DNA from: Rhizobium sp. Q54
GTDB taxonomy: Bacteria; Pseudomonadota; Alphaproteobacteria; Micropepsales; Micropepsaceae
Direction: 5' to 3'
Length of the DNA: 64,000 nucleotides
Assembly (NCBI GenBank): GCA_945882615.1
Contig: CAMCWK010000012.1
Coordinates: 6,399-70,398, forward strand
How positions within the stretch are numbered: position 1 is the stretch's first letter; the number at the start of each line of letters is the position of its first letter. A model generated the notes under the pieces. The model was not told the DNA's origin. It did not search any database and saw only the letters and a program-made list of their open reading frames with translations. Positions 17,348 through 28,252 of the stretch are shown here, piece after piece. The translations under genes and the position numbers were made by a program.

Positions 17348-17440
17348 CTGACAAATCTCCTTTGACCCCTTCGCTGCAGACAGAAGCGTACAAATCGGCT
17401 TTGGGTTCCCGCGGGTTCCCGGCCATGGCAATCTGGTGCC

Positions 17441-18031
17441 ATGATCCGCGTTCTGCTGGGGCTGCTATTGGCCCTTTCGCTCTCCATGCCCGCCGACGCC
17501 CAGCCGCGCGCCCGGGCCGTCGCCAGGCTGGCCGGGCTGGACGGCAAGCCGGTGGGGACCGCCAGCTTCCGCGCCGTGGCCGGCGGGGTCTTGATCGAGC
17601 TGGACCTTTACGGCCTGCCCCCCGGCGCCCATGGCATGCACCTGCATACGAGCGGCCAGTGCGACGCCCAGTCGGGCTTCATGAAGGCCGGGCCGATCCT
17701 GGCGCTGCGTCCGGGGCGCCGCCACGGCTATCTGGCCAAGGGCGGGCCCATGACCGGCGACCTGCCCAACCAGTTCGCAGGGACCGACGGGCGGCTGAAG
17801 GCCAATATCGTCACCAACGCCTTCACCCTGGGCAACGGCAAGCGTTCGATCTTCGACCGCGATGGCGTGAGCCTGATCGTCAAGAAGCGCGGCGACGACT
17901 ACCGCACCCAGCCCATCGGCAATTCCGGGGACCGCATCGCCTGCGGCGTGGTGGTGCGCACCCAGGGCCCCGCGCCGCGTCCTTTGTTCCGCCCACCGCC
18001 GCCGAAACCCGCCCAAAACGCAAGGCCGTAG
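17441..18031 (+). CDS. Periplasmic Cu/Zn-superoxide-dismutase-like protein with incomplete metal-ligand set
   Basis: Signal peptide, then GAHGMHLHTSGQC, TGDLPN and GNSGDRIACGVV (SodC fold signatures). Positions equivalent to His63, His80 and His120 read I, M and K. Confidence 0.8.
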   Translation: MIRVLLGLLLALSLSMPADAQPRARAVARLAGLDGKPVGTASFRAVAGGVLIELDLYGLPPGAHGMHLHTSGQCDAQSGFMKAGPILALRPGRRHGYLAKGGPMTGDLPNQFAGTDGRLKANIVTNAFTLGNGKRSIFDRDGVSLIVKKRGDDYRTQPIGNSGDRIACGVVVRTQGPAPRPLFRPPPPKPAQNARP

Positions 18032-18069
18032 CGGGCTTTGCCGGGTGGCAAGCCCATGGCGCGCATGAC

Positions 18070-20859
18070 ATGATCCGCGCCGCCATGGGCCTTGAAAAAC
18101 CTCAGACACTTGCCGCGCGCGACGTGATCGACGCCGATGCCCTGCGCCATGCCCTCACCGCTCTGGCGCGCGAGACGCCCGATCCCGGCACCCTGCGCAA
18201 GTCGGGCCTGGGCCTGATCAAGCAGGCCTTCCAGAACGGGCGCGACAAGGTCCAGCACCAGGTGGAGGCCGAAGGGCTTTCGGGGCTGGCCGCCGCGCGC
18301 GCGCTGTCGGCGCTGCAGGATGCCATCATCCAGGTGATCTACGATTTCGCGGTCAAGCATGTCTATTACGCGCAGAATCCGTCCAGCGCCGAACGCATCG
18401 CCATCGTGGCCACCGGCGGCTATGGCCGCGGCGAGCTGGCGCCGGGTTCGGACATCGATCTGTTGTTCGTGCGCCCCTTCAAGCAGACCGCCTGGGGCGA
18501 AAGCGTCATCGAATTCATCCTCTACATGCTGTGGGACCTGGGGCTGAAGGTCGGCCATGCCACGCGGAGCCTCGCCGAATGCGTGCGCCTGTCCAAGCTG
18601 GACGTCACGATCCGCACGGCGATCCTGGAAGCGCGCTATCTGTGGGGCGACCGCGGCCTCTATGACGACCTGCGCAAGAAATTCTGGAGCGAGGTCGCCA
18701 CCGGCAATGGCCGCGACTTCGTCAACGCCAAGCTGGCCGAGCGCGACCAGCGCCATCAGCGCCAGGGCGAAAGCCGCTATCTGGTCGAGCCCAACATCAA
18801 GGAAGGCAAGGGGGGCTTGCGCGACCTGCAGACGCTCTACTGGATCGGCAAGTATCTGTATCACGTCGATGACGCCGCCGACCTGGTCGAGCATGGCGTC
18901 TTCACCAAGGACGAATACCGAACCTTCCAGAAGGCGGAAGCCTTTTTGTGGAATGTGCGGGTGCATCTGCATTACCTGATGGGCCGCGCCGAGGAGCGCC
19001 TGAGCTTCGACGTGCAGCCGGCGCTGGCGACCCATCTGGGCTATGTCGATGCCGACAAGCCGCGCCGGGCGGTGGAAGCCTTCATGCGCGCCTACTTCCT
19101 GGTGGCCAAGGATGTCGGGGACCTGACCCGCATCTTCTGCGCCGCGCTGGAAGAGCAGCATCGCAAGCCGCGCCCGTCGCTGAGCCGGATGCTGCCGGGA
19201 TTTTTAAAGCCGCGCAGCCCCAGCGATGATTTCTATGTCGAGAATGGGCGGCTGACCGCCAATCCCGCCATCTTCCGCGCAGACCCCGCCAACATCCTGC
19301 GCATGTTCCACATGGCCGACGTCAAGGGGGTGGACATCCATCCCGACGCGCTGCGCACCGTCACCCGCAGCCTGGACCTTATCACCGATCAGGTGCGCGA
19401 CAATCCGGTGGCCAACCAGGCCTTCCTGGAAACCCTGACCTCGCGCCACGATCCCGAACGCGCGCTCAGGCTGATGAACGAGGCGGGCGTGCTGGGCCGC
19501 TTCATTCCGGAATTCGGCCATGCCGTGGGGCTGATGCAGTTCAACATGTACCATCACTATACGGTGGACGAGCATCTGATCCGCGCCGTGGGCAATGTCG
19601 CCGCGATCGAGCGCGGAGAGCGCAAGGAAGACAATCCCATCTCCAGCGATGTGATCAAGCGCATCCAGTCGCGCAACGTGCTGTATTGCGCCATCCTGCT
19701 GCACGATGTCGCCAAGGGGTTGCCGGGCGATCACAGCGATGTCGGCGCGGAGATTGCGCGCAGCCTGTGCCCGCGCCTTGGCCTGTCCGCCGCCGACACC
19801 GCCGCCGTCGCATGGCTGGTGAAGAACCATCTGGTGATGAGCGACACCGCCCAGCGCCGCGACGTTTCCGATCCCAAGACGGTGCGCGATTTCGTCGACA
19901 TGGTGCAGTCGCCCGAGATGCTGCGCCTCTTGCTGGTGCTGACCGTGGCCGACATTCGTGCCGTCGGGCCGGGCGTGTGGAATGGCTGGAAGGGCCAGTT
20001 GCTGCGCGAACTCTATTACGCCGCCGAGAATATGATGATGGGCGGCGACCAGGCGCCGGGCCGCGGCCAGCGCGTGGCGTCCGCCAAGGCGGCGCTGGAT
20101 GCCCGGCTGTCCGATCTGACGCCCGCCCAGCGCGAGAAAGCCCTGAGCCGGCATTATGACAATTACTGGCTGGCGTTTGAAGAGAGCGAGCTGGAACGCC
20201 ATGCCCGCCTGATCACCAAGGCCGATGCGCAAGGCCAGCTCTTGACCCTGGAAGCCAACAGCAACGACTTCCGCGCCGTCACCGAGATCGTGCTGTACAC
20301 GCCCGACCATGCCGGACTGTTCTCGCGCTTCGCCGGCGCCATCGCGATGGCGGGCGGCACCATTGTCGATGCCAAGGCCTTCACCACATCCGACGGCTTC
20401 GCGCTGGACGTGTTTTCGGTGCAGGACGCGGAAGGCGAGGCCTTTGGCGACAAGGAACGGCTGGGGCGGCTGGCGGCCTCGATCGAAAAGACCCTGCGCG
20501 GGGAACTGCGGCCCCGCCAGCTCCTGGCGCGCAAGGCGCCCCGGACCCGGGCCAGCGCCTTTTCCATCAAGCCCAAGATTCACTTCGACAATGAAGCCTC
20601 GCGCATCGCCACCGTGATCGAGGTGGAATGCCTGGACCGGCCCGGCCTGCTCTATGACGTCACCCAGGCGATCTTCGAATCCGGGCTTTCGATTTCCACC
20701 TCCATGGTGGCGACCTATGGCGAGCGCGCCATCGACGTCTTCTATGTGCGCGACGGGTTCGGCCACAAGATCGTCCATCCCGCGCGGCTGGATGCGGTGG
20801 AAAAGCGGCTGAAAAAGGCGCTGGCACCCCCGCCCCTTGAAGCCGTCACAAAATCTTGA
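18070..20859 (+). CDS. glnD: Bifunctional uridylyltransferase/uridylyl-removing enzyme
   Basis: [18 protein letters not shown] (nucleotidyltransferase), an HD domain (LLHDVAKG) and two C-terminal ACT-like domains. The part of ORF 17338.. upstream of 18070 overlaps the SodC-like gene and is discounted. Confidence 0.93.
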   Translation: MIRAAMGLEKPQTLAARDVIDADALRHALTALARETPDPGTLRKSGLGLIKQAFQNGRDKVQHQVEAEGLSGLAAARALSALQDAIIQVIYDFAVKHVYYAQNPSSAERIAIVATGGYGRGELAPGSDIDLLFVRPFKQTAWGESVIEFILYMLWDLGLKVGHATRSLAECVRLSKLDVTIRTAILEARYLWGDRGLYDDLRKKFWSEVATGNGRDFVNAKLAERDQRHQRQGESRYLVEPNIKEGKGGLRDLQTLYWIGKYLYHVDDAADLVEHGVFTKDEYRTFQKAEAFLWNVRVHLHYLMGRAEERLSFDVQPALATHLGYVDADKPRRAVEAFMRAYFLVAKDVGDLTRIFCAALEEQHRKPRPSLSRMLPGFLKPRSPSDDFYVENGRLTANPAIFRADPANILRMFHMADVKGVDIHPDALRTVTRSLDLITDQVRDNPVANQAFLETLTSRHDPERALRLMNEAGVLGRFIPEFGHAVGLMQFNMYHHYTVDEHLIRAVGNVAAIERGERKEDNPISSDVIKRIQSRNVLYCAILLHDVAKGLPGDHSDVGAEIARSLCPRLGLSAADTAAVAWLVKNHLVMSDTAQRRDVSDPKTVRDFVDMVQSPEMLRLLLVLTVADIRAVGPGVWNGWKGQLLRELYYAAENMMMGGDQAPGRGQRVASAKAALDARLSDLTPAQREKALSRHYDNYWLAFEESELERHARLITKADAQGQLLTLEANSNDFRAVTEIVLYTPDHAGLFSRFAGAIAMAGGTIVDAKAFTTSDGFALDVFSVQDAEGEAFGDKERLGRLAASIEKTLRGELRPRQLLARKAPRTRASAFSIKPKIHFDNEASRIATVIEVECLDRPGLLYDVTQAIFESGLSISTSMVATYGERAIDVFYVRDGFGHKIVHPARLDAVEKRLKKALAPPPLEAVTKS

Positions 20860-20891
20860 AGGTTGAAGTGGGGCAAGGCATAAGACCGCCC

Positions 20892-21908
20892 ATGACACAC
20901 ACACCGCTGGTTCTTTCGGGCATGCAGCCCACCAACACGCTGCATCTGGGCAATTATCTGGGCGCGCTCAAGAACTGGGTGCGGATGCAGGAAGAAATGC
21001 CCTGCCTGTTCTGCGTGGTGGACATGCATGCCATCACCGCCGATGCCGGATACGGCAAGCCGGCCGAACTGGCCCAGTCCATCCGCGAAGTCACCGCCGC
21101 CTATATCGCGGCCGGTGTCGACCCGAAGCGCACGCCGATCTTCAACCAGGGCCAGGTGCCCGAACATGCCGAGCTGGCCTGGGTCTTCAACTGCGTGGCG
21201 CGGCTGGGCTGGCTGGACCGCATGACCCAGTTCAAGGAAAAATCCGGCAAGCACAAGGAACGCGCCAGCGTCGGGCTCTATACCTATCCGGTGCTGATGG
21301 CCGCCGACATTCTGGTCTATCGCGCCACCCATGTGCCGGTGGGCGAGGACCAGAAGCAGCATCTGGAACTGGCGCGCGACATCGCCGCCAAGTTCAACAA
21401 TGATTTCGGCGCGCCGGATTTCTTCCCCCAGCCCGAGCCGGTGATCACCGGCACCGCGACGCGGGTGATGAGCTTGCGCGACGGCACCAAGAAAATGTCC
21501 AAGTCGGACGAAAGCGACGCCAGCCGCATCAACCTGACCGACGATGCCGAAACCATCGCCAGCAAGATCAAGCGGGCCAAGACCGACCCCCTGCCCCTGC
21601 CCGCCAGCAAGGACGAGTTGAAGGATCGGCCCGAAGCCGAAAACCTGCTCAACATCTATGCCGCCCTGGCCGAACAGGACCGCGACGCGGTGATCGCCCA
21701 GTTCGCCGGGCAGCAGTTCTCCGGCTTCAAGACCGCGCTGGCCGACCTGACGGTCGCCAGGCTGGAACCGATCAACAAGGAGATGCGCCGCCTGTTGGGC
21801 GATCCCGGCGAGATCGACAATATCCTGCGGTCGGGCGCGAGCCGCGCCCGCGCCATCGCCACGCCCATCATGGACGAAGTGAAGAAGCGCGTCGGGTTCA
21901 TCAGTTGA
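20892..21908 (+). CDS. trpS: Tryptophan--tRNA ligase
   Basis: [16 protein letters not shown] (HIGH-type) and KMSKS (TKKMSKSD). Confidence 0.95.
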   Translation: MTHTPLVLSGMQPTNTLHLGNYLGALKNWVRMQEEMPCLFCVVDMHAITADAGYGKPAELAQSIREVTAAYIAAGVDPKRTPIFNQGQVPEHAELAWVFNCVARLGWLDRMTQFKEKSGKHKERASVGLYTYPVLMAADILVYRATHVPVGEDQKQHLELARDIAAKFNNDFGAPDFFPQPEPVITGTATRVMSLRDGTKKMSKSDESDASRINLTDDAETIASKIKRAKTDPLPLPASKDELKDRPEAENLLNIYAALAEQDRDAVIAQFAGQQFSGFKTALADLTVARLEPINKEMRRLLGDPGEIDNILRSGASRARAIATPIMDEVKKRVGFIS

Positions 21909-22654
21909 AGAACGTTCTGGTCACCGGCGCCGCCAAGCGGCTGGGACGGGCCATCGCCCTGGACCTGGCGCAGGCGGGCTGGAATGTCGCGATCCACTAC
22001 AATGGGTCTGAGGCCGATGCGCAAAGCGCCGCCGACGCGGCGCGCAAGTTCGGCGTGAAGGCCGAAATCCTGCAGGCCGATCTTTCGAAAGAATCCGAGA
22101 CCGCCAAGCTGGTCAGCCGCGCCGCAGCGGCCATCGGCCCGCTGACGGCGCTGATCAATTCCGCCTCGCTGTTCGAGAATGACGACTGGCAATCGGCCAC
22201 CCGCAAAAGCTGGGATGACCATATCGAGGTCAACCTGCGCGCGCCGTTGCTGCTGTCGCAGCTTTTCGCCCAGCAGCTTCCCGCCGGCCAGGCCGGCAAC
22301 ATCATCAATCTCATTGATCAACGCGTCCTCAAACCGACACCGCAATTCCTCTCCTACAGCGTCAGCAAGGCAGGGCTGTACTGGCTGACCACCACCCTGG
22401 CCCAGGGCATGGGCCCGAACATCCGGGTCAATGCGGTGGGGCCCGGTCCGACCCTGAAGAACCCGCGCCAGTCCGACGCCGATTTCGATGGCCAGCGCGA
22501 CGCCACCATCCTGAAGCGCGGCGCCAACCCCGCCGACATCTGCGCTGCGGTGCGCTACCTGCTGGAGGCGCCCGCCGTCACCGGCCAGATGATCGCGGTG
22601 GATGGCGGCCAGCACCTGATCTGGCAGACCCCCGACGTGCAGGGCTCCGAATGA
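21905..22654 (+). CDS. SDR-family oxidoreductase (pteridine-reductase-like, adjacent to folB)
   Basis: [15 protein letters not shown] (TGxxxxxG), NSAS and YSVSK (YxxxK). TTG start overlaps the trpS stop. Confidence 0.8.
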   Translation: MKNVLVTGAAKRLGRAIALDLAQAGWNVAIHYNGSEADAQSAADAARKFGVKAEILQADLSKESETAKLVSRAAAAIGPLTALINSASLFENDDWQSATRKSWDDHIEVNLRAPLLLSQLFAQQLPAGQAGNIINLIDQRVLKPTPQFLSYSVSKAGLYWLTTTLAQGMGPNIRVNAVGPGPTLKNPRQSDADFDGQRDATILKRGANPADICAAVRYLLEAPAVTGQMIAVDGGQHLIWQTPDVQGSE

Positions 22655-23037
22655 GCAAGCCCCCCTATTTCGCCAGTGCCGCCGGCGGCATCCGCCATGT
22701 CTTCATCCGCAACCTGGAACTCCCCGCCCATATCGGCGTCTACCGCCAGGAGGAAGGCCGCACCCAGCCGGTGCGGATCAATGTCGACCTGGCCACCGAC
22801 GACATCGCCGACGCCCAGGACATGCTGGAAAATGTGGTCGACTATCATGTGATCGAGAAACGCATCCGCGCCATCATCTCCGAAGGCCATGTCCGGCTGG
22901 CCGAAACCCTGGCCGAGCGCATCGCGGCGGCCTGTTTCGAGGACAGCCGCGTGCGCACCGTGCGGGTGCGGGTGGAAAAGCTGGAAGCCCTGACATCGGC
23001 GGAAAGCGTTGGGATAGAGATTGAGCGGACTCGCTAA
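22651..23037 (+). CDS. folB: Dihydroneopterin aldolase
   Basis: FIRNLELPAHIGVY..E....Q.V.INVDL...DYH and size are typical of FolB. ATGA overlap with the upstream SDR gene. Confidence 0.8.
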   Translation: MSKPPYFASAAGGIRHVFIRNLELPAHIGVYRQEEGRTQPVRINVDLATDDIADAQDMLENVVDYHVIEKRIRAIISEGHVRLAETLAERIAAACFEDSRVRTVRVRVEKLEALTSAESVGIEIERTR

Positions 23038-23049
23038 TATATTGACGCC

Positions 23050-24933
23050 ATGAGTTCCCCCGACGCGCCCCTGAAGGGCGCCGCGCGCATCGCCGCCTAT
23101 CTCAAGACTTTGCCCGACGCGCCGGGCGTCTACCGCATGATGAATGCGGCCGGCGACGTGCTGTATGTCGGCAAGGCCAAGAGCCTGAAGAAGCGCGTCA
23201 GTTCTTACGCGCTGCGCGGGGCGCACAACGAGCGCATCAGCCGCATGATCGCCGAAACAGCCGAGATGCTGTTCGTCACCACCGCCAGCGAAACCGACGC
23301 GCTGCTGCTGGAATCCAACCTGATCAAGCGGCTGAAGCCGCGCTACAATGTCAGCTATCGCGACGACAAGAGCTTTCCCAACATCCTGCTGCGCGAGGAC
23401 CATCCCTTTCCGCAGCTTCTCAAGCATCGCGGCGCCAAGACCATCAAGGGCGTCTATTTCGGTCCCTTTGCTTCGGCCGGCGCGGTCAACCGCACCCTTA
23501 ACACCCTGCAGCGCGCCTTCCTCCTGCGGTCGTGCTCGGATTCAGTGTTCGAAAGCCGCACCCGCCCCTGCCTGCTGTTCCAGATCAAGCGCTGCAGCGC
23601 CCCTTGCGTGAACCGCATCGATCTTGGCGGCTATCACGAACTGGTCGAGGAAGCCGAAAGCTTCCTCAAGGGCAAGAGCCAGGCGGTGCAGGACGAGTTG
23701 AAAGCCGAGATGACCAAAGCTTCCGACGCCATGGATTTCGAGGCGGCGGCAAAACTGCGCGACCGGCTGAAGGCGATGAGCCACATCCAGTCGTCGCAGG
23801 GCGTCAATCCCGCCACCTTTGACGAAGCCGATCTCTTCGCCGCCTACAGCGAGGGCGGTCATACCTGCATTCAGGTCTTCTTTTTCCGCGCCGGGCAGAA
23901 TTGGGGCAACCGGCCCTACTTCCCGCGCCATGACCCCGATCTGTCGCTGGCGGAAGTTCTCGAAAGCTTCGTCGGCCAGTTTTACGACGAACGTACGCCG
24001 CCCAGCCTGATCCTGACCAGCGAGGATCTGCCAGGCCGCGCGCTGCTGGCCGAAGCGCTTGCCACGCGCGCGGGCGGCAAGGTTGAGATCGCCCTGCCCC
24101 AGCGCGGCGAGAAACGCGACATCATGGAGCGCGCCCTGACCAATGCGCGCGAACAGCTGGGCCGACGCTTGGCCGAAAACAGTGCCCAGACCCAGCTGCT
24201 GGAAGGCGTGGCCGACACCTTCGGGCTGGAGCAGCCGCCGCGCCGCATCGAAGTCTATGACAATTCTCACATTCAGGGCGCCCATGCCCTGGGCGCGTTC
24301 ATCGTGGCGGGGCCGGACGGCTTCGAGAAGGCGCAGTACCGCAAGTTCAACATCAAGAACGAAGAGCTCGCCCCGGGCGATGACTATGCCATGATGCGCG
24401 AAGTGCTGACCCGGCGCTTTGCCCGCATGGTCAAGGAAGAAGCCGGCTCATCTGAAAACGGGGCCGACACCACGCGCTGGCGCCGTCCCGATCTGGTGCT
24501 GATCGATGGCGGACCCGGCCAATTATCGGTCGCCTGCCAGGTCTTTGCTGATCTGGGGGTGGAGGATGTGGCGCTGGTGGGCATTTCCAAGGGCCCGGAC
24601 CGCGATGCCGGGCGCGAGCATTTCTACCTTCCCGGCAAGGAGCCTTTCCGCCTCGATCCCAAAAGCCCGGTTCTGTACTATCTGCAACGTCTTCGGGACG
24701 AAGCGCACCGCTTTGTCATAGGCGGCCATCGCAAGAAGCGCAGTGCCGCGATCGGCGCCAACCCCTTGGACGAGATTGCGGGGGTGGGGGCGACCCGCAA
24801 GCGCGCCCTGCTGCAGCATTTCGGGTCTGCCCGGGCGGTGGCGGGAGCCAGCCTGACCGATCTGGCCTCGGTCGGAGGCGTCAGCGAGACTCTGGCGAAG
24901 AAAATCTTTGATTTCTTCCATCCGGGCGGATGA
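23050..24933 (+). CDS. uvrC: Excinuclease ABC subunit C
   Basis: GIY-YIG ([25 protein letters not shown]), UVR motif ([14 protein letters not shown]) and C-terminal HhH. Confidence 0.95.
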   Translation: MSSPDAPLKGAARIAAYLKTLPDAPGVYRMMNAAGDVLYVGKAKSLKKRVSSYALRGAHNERISRMIAETAEMLFVTTASETDALLLESNLIKRLKPRYNVSYRDDKSFPNILLREDHPFPQLLKHRGAKTIKGVYFGPFASAGAVNRTLNTLQRAFLLRSCSDSVFESRTRPCLLFQIKRCSAPCVNRIDLGGYHELVEEAESFLKGKSQAVQDELKAEMTKASDAMDFEAAAKLRDRLKAMSHIQSSQGVNPATFDEADLFAAYSEGGHTCIQVFFFRAGQNWGNRPYFPRHDPDLSLAEVLESFVGQFYDERTPPSLILTSEDLPGRALLAEALATRAGGKVEIALPQRGEKRDIMERALTNAREQLGRRLAENSAQTQLLEGVADTFGLEQPPRRIEVYDNSHIQGAHALGAFIVAGPDGFEKAQYRKFNIKNEELAPGDDYAMMREVLTRRFARMVKEEAGSSENGADTTRWRRPDLVLIDGGPGQLSVACQVFADLGVEDVALVGISKGPDRDAGREHFYLPGKEPFRLDPKSPVLYYLQRLRDEAHRFVIGGHRKKRSAAIGANPLDEIAGVGATRKRALLQHFGSARAVAGASLTDLASVGGVSETLAKKIFDFFHPGG

Positions 24934-24965
24934 CCTGTCGCAATCAGGCTTCTAGAGTGCCCCCC

Positions 24966-25580
24966 ATGTTCGCCCTGCCAAACGCCCTGACCGTGCTGCG
25001 CATCGTGCTGGTGCCGCTGTTCGTGATCGCCTTCGTGGTCCCGGGCGATGCGGCGCGGCTGGTGGCGTTCGGCATTTTCGTGATCGCCGGCGTCAGCGAC
25101 TGGCTGGACGGTTTCGCCGCCCGCAAGCTCAAGGCGGGTTCGGATTTCGGCCGCATGCTGGACCCCATCGCCGACAAGGTGCTGGTGGCGGTGGCACTGA
25201 TGATGCTGGTGGCCGAGGGCCTGTTCACCCAGATCAAGCCCAACGGCATGCTGAGCCTGCTCAAGCTGGTGCCCGCCCTGATCATCCTGTCGCGCGAGAT
25301 ACTGGTGTCGGGCCTGCGCGAATTCCTCTCCGGACTGCGCGTCAGCGTGCCGGTGACGGCGGTGGCCAAGTTCAAGACCGCGGTGCAGATGGTGGCGATC
25401 GGCGCCATGATCCTGACGCCGCTGGCCGATATCTATCTGCCGGGCGTTCCGTCGCTGACCTACGCCTTCATCGCCTATGCGATGCTGTGGGTGGCGGCGG
25501 CGCTGACCGTCTATACCGGCGTGATCTACTTCCGCAGCGGCATGGCGCACCTGCGCCCCGGCACGACGCCCGATCCGTAG
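24966..25580 (+). CDS. pgsA: CDP-diacylglycerol--glycerol-3-phosphate 3-phosphatidyltransferase
   Basis: NALTVLRIVLVP and DWLDGFAARK....FGRMLDPIADK (CDP-alcohol phosphatidyltransferase motif). Confidence 0.9.
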   Translation: MFALPNALTVLRIVLVPLFVIAFVVPGDAARLVAFGIFVIAGVSDWLDGFAARKLKAGSDFGRMLDPIADKVLVAVALMMLVAEGLFTQIKPNGMLSLLKLVPALIILSREILVSGLREFLSGLRVSVPVTAVAKFKTAVQMVAIGAMILTPLADIYLPGVPSLTYAFIAYAMLWVAAALTVYTGVIYFRSGMAHLRPGTTPDP

Positions 25581-25593
25581 AATCGCAGGCGGC

Positions 25594-26490
25594 GTGCATT
25601 TCCTCTGGGTTATATTCACCATATTGGGCGCGGCAGGCCAGGTTGCGCGCAATGCGTTGCAGCGCGGCCTGACGGCGGAACTGGGCGCACTTGGCGCCAC
25701 ACTGGTGCGCTTTCTGTTCGGGCTTCCCTTCGCGCTCGCTTTCCTGGGCGCGTTGCTGGCCGTCACTGGCGCCGCCCTGCCCCAGACGGGTCCGGCTTTT
25801 GGCGGATGGATTCTTCTGGGCGCGCTGACGCAGATCGCAGGCACGGCCCTGATGTTGAAGGCGATGGAGCACCGCTCTTTCGTCGTGGTCACGGCCTATC
25901 TGAAAACCGAGCCGGTGCTGGTGGCATTGATCGGCCTGAGCGTGCTGGGCGATCCGTTGACCATGGCGATGGCGCTGGCGATCATTGTCGCAATGGCGGG
26001 CGTCACACTGATTTCCGCCAGGCCGCAAGCACTGGCCGGCGGGCTCAAACCGGCTCTGCTGGGACTGTCCGCGGCCGCCCTGTTTGCTGCTTCGTCGGTC
26101 GGCTATCGCGGCGCGATACTGTCGCTGAACGAATCCAGCTTCGTGCTGGGCGCGACCTTCAGCCTGGCTGCGGGGCTGACGTTGCAAACCGCGCTGCTGA
26201 TGCTGTGGCTACTCCTGTTCCGGCGAAGCATGTTCCGGTCGCTGCTGACCCACTGGAAACCGTCATTGACGGCCGGCTTTGCGGGCGCCGCCGCTTCGCA
26301 GTGCTGGTTCCTGGCGTTCGCGCTGGCATCCGCCGCCAGCGTGCGCACCCTGGCCTTGGTTGAAATCCTGCTGGCGCAAGGCGTGACGCGGTTTGTATTC
26401 AAGCAGCAGACAACGCCGCGCGAAGCGGCCGGCATCGCCCTGCTGCTGGCAGGCGCGATCCTGATCGTTTGGGTATCGCCGAAGCCCTAG
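25594..26490 (+). CDS. EamA/DMT-family transporter
   Basis: Ten hydrophobic segments arranged as two EamA-like halves. GTG start. Confidence 0.75.
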   Translation: MHFLWVIFTILGAAGQVARNALQRGLTAELGALGATLVRFLFGLPFALAFLGALLAVTGAALPQTGPAFGGWILLGALTQIAGTALMLKAMEHRSFVVVTAYLKTEPVLVALIGLSVLGDPLTMAMALAIIVAMAGVTLISARPQALAGGLKPALLGLSAAALFAASSVGYRGAILSLNESSFVLGATFSLAAGLTLQTALLMLWLLLFRRSMFRSLLTHWKPSLTAGFAGAAASQCWFLAFALASAASVRTLALVEILLAQGVTRFVFKQQTTPREAAGIALLLAGAILIVWVSPKP

Positions 26491-26507
26491 CGCAGGACGC
26501 CGCGAGG

Positions 26508-27401
26508 CTAGGCAGGCACCTTCGCCAGGCCGCGCACTTCGTCGGAATAGGCGGTCATCAGGCTTTCGGTCAGGGCGCCGGGCTTGAAGGTATAAGGCCC
26601 GATCTCCGACACCGGCGTGACTTCCGCCGCCGAGCCGGTGAGGAAGCATTCGGTGAAGCCCGTCAGTTCGTCGGGCATGATGTGGCGCTCCGCCACCTTG
26701 ATCTGGCGCGACTTGGCGATGGCGATCACCGACTGGCGGGTGAGGCCGTTGAGGAAACAGTCGGGCGTCGGGGTGTGCAGCTCGCCATCCTTCACAAAGA
26801 AGACATTAGCGCCGGTGGCTTCGGCGACATAGCCGCGATAGTCGAACATCATCGCATCGGCATAGCCTTTGGCTTCGGCCTCATGCTTGGAGATGGTGCA
26901 GATCATGTAGAGACCCGCGGCCTTGGCATGGACCGGCTCGGTATCGGGCGCGGGACGCTTCCAGCGCGCGATATCCAGGCGGATGCCCTTGAGCTTTTCC
27001 GCCGGGCTGAAATAGGACGGCCAGGGCCAGCAGGCGATGGCGACATGAATGGTGGTGTTCTGCGCCGACACCGCCATCATCTCGCTGCCGCGAAACGCGA
27101 CCGGGCGAAGATAACCGTCGGTGATGCCTTGCGCGGCGGCAACATCGATACAGGCCTGGTTGATCTCGTCCCGGGTGAAGGGGATTTTCATGCCCAGCGT
27201 TTCGGCCGAAAAGAACAGCCGTTCGGTATGTTCCTTCAGCTTGTAGATCGTGCCGTTATAGATGCGCTGGCCCTCGAACACGCAGGAGCCGTAATGCAGC
27301 CCATGGGTCAGGACATGGGTCTTGGCGTCCTTCCAGGGCACCAGTTTGCCATCATACCAAAGGGCACCGTCGCGCTGGTCGAAAGGGATCACGTCTGCCA
27401 T
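26508..27401 (-). CDS. ilvE: Branched-chain-amino-acid aminotransferase (class IV)
   Basis: LHYGSCVFEGQRIY, KAAGLYM and NVFFVKDGELHTP. ATG at 27401. Confidence 0.9.
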   Translation of the reverse strand: MADVIPFDQRDGALWYDGKLVPWKDAKTHVLTHGLHYGSCVFEGQRIYNGTIYKLKEHTERLFFSAETLGMKIPFTRDEINQACIDVAAAQGITDGYLRPVAFRGSEMMAVSAQNTTIHVAIACWPWPSYFSPAEKLKGIRLDIARWKRPAPDTEPVHAKAAGLYMICTISKHEAEAKGYADAMMFDYRGYVAEATGANVFFVKDGELHTPTPDCFLNGLTRQSVIAIAKSRQIKVAERHIMPDELTGFTECFLTGSAAEVTPVSEIGPYTFKPGALTESLMTAYSDEVRGLAKVPA

Positions 27402-27553
27402 CGGTTCCGTTCCTGAAAAAGCCTGCCTTTTGGCGGGCTTGCCCCCCATCGGGCGAGGGCCTAGTTTTTCTGCATGTATTGCAGCATGGCCGACGCGAAA
27501 ATCGCAAGGGTGCCCCGTGGCATGGCTGCCATGAGTTTGCCCGTGAATTTGTC

Positions 27554-28252
27554 ATGAACGCCCCAGGCGCCGACGAACCGCACCTTTTGGTGGTGGATGA
27601 TGACGAGCGGCTGCGCGCGCTGTTGCAGCGCTATCTGTCATCCAACGGCTATCGGATAACCGCCGCGCCGGGCGCCGCCGAGGCCCGCGCCCTGATGAAA
27701 AGCATGGAATTCGACCTGCTGATCCTGGACGTGATGATGCCCGGCGAATCCGGCCTGGACCTGACCAAAAGCGTACGCACCGAATCCAGCATACCGATCC
27801 TGATGCTGACGGCGCGCGGCGATCCCGCCGACCGCATCGCAGGCCTGGAACTGGGGGCCGACGATTATCTGCCCAAGCCCTTCGAGCCGCGCGAACTGCT
27901 GCTCAGGGTCAATTCGCTGCTGCGCCGCGCCGCGCCGCCGGAAACCCCGCCCGCCGGCCCCGTCAAGATGGGATCGGCGCTGTTCGATCCGGCCACGTCC
28001 CGGCTGACGCGAAACGGCAAGCCGGTGAAGCTGACCGGCGCGGAAGCGGCGCTGCTGCAACTCTTCGCCGTCCATGCCGGCCGGCCCTTCAGCCGCGCGG
28101 AATTGTGCAAGCGGCTGAATGTGGCGCTGGAGCGTTCCATCGACGTGCAGGTGACACGCCTGCGCCGCAAGATCGAGGAAGACCCCAAGCTGCCGCTCTA
28201 TCTGCAAACGGTGCGCGGGGTTGGCTATATGCTGGTGCCTGATCGTGGTTGA
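27554..28252 (+). CDS. OmpR-family response regulator
   Basis: LLVVDDDERL, LLILDVMMPGESG and MLTARG, plus a winged-helix C-terminus (IDVQVTRLRRKIE..P....LQTVRGVGY). Confidence 0.9.
   Translation: MNAPGADEPHLLVVDDDERLRALLQRYLSSNGYRITAAPGAAEARALMKSMEFDLLILDVMMPGESGLDLTKSVRTESSIPILMLTARGDPADRIAGLELGADDYLPKPFEPRELLLRVNSLLRRAAPPETPPAGPVKMGSALFDPATSRLTRNGKPVKLTGAEAALLQLFAVHAGRPFSRAELCKRLNVALERSIDVQVTRLRRKIEEDPKLPLYLQTVRGVGYMLVPDRG

Noticed and set aside
17338-18069. N-terminal 244 codons of the 1173-aa ORF that contains glnD
   Set aside because: This part overlaps the SodC-like gene in another frame and has Arg/Pro-rich nonsense-like composition. Recognisable GlnD sequence begins at the ATG at 18070, giving a typical length of about 929 aa.
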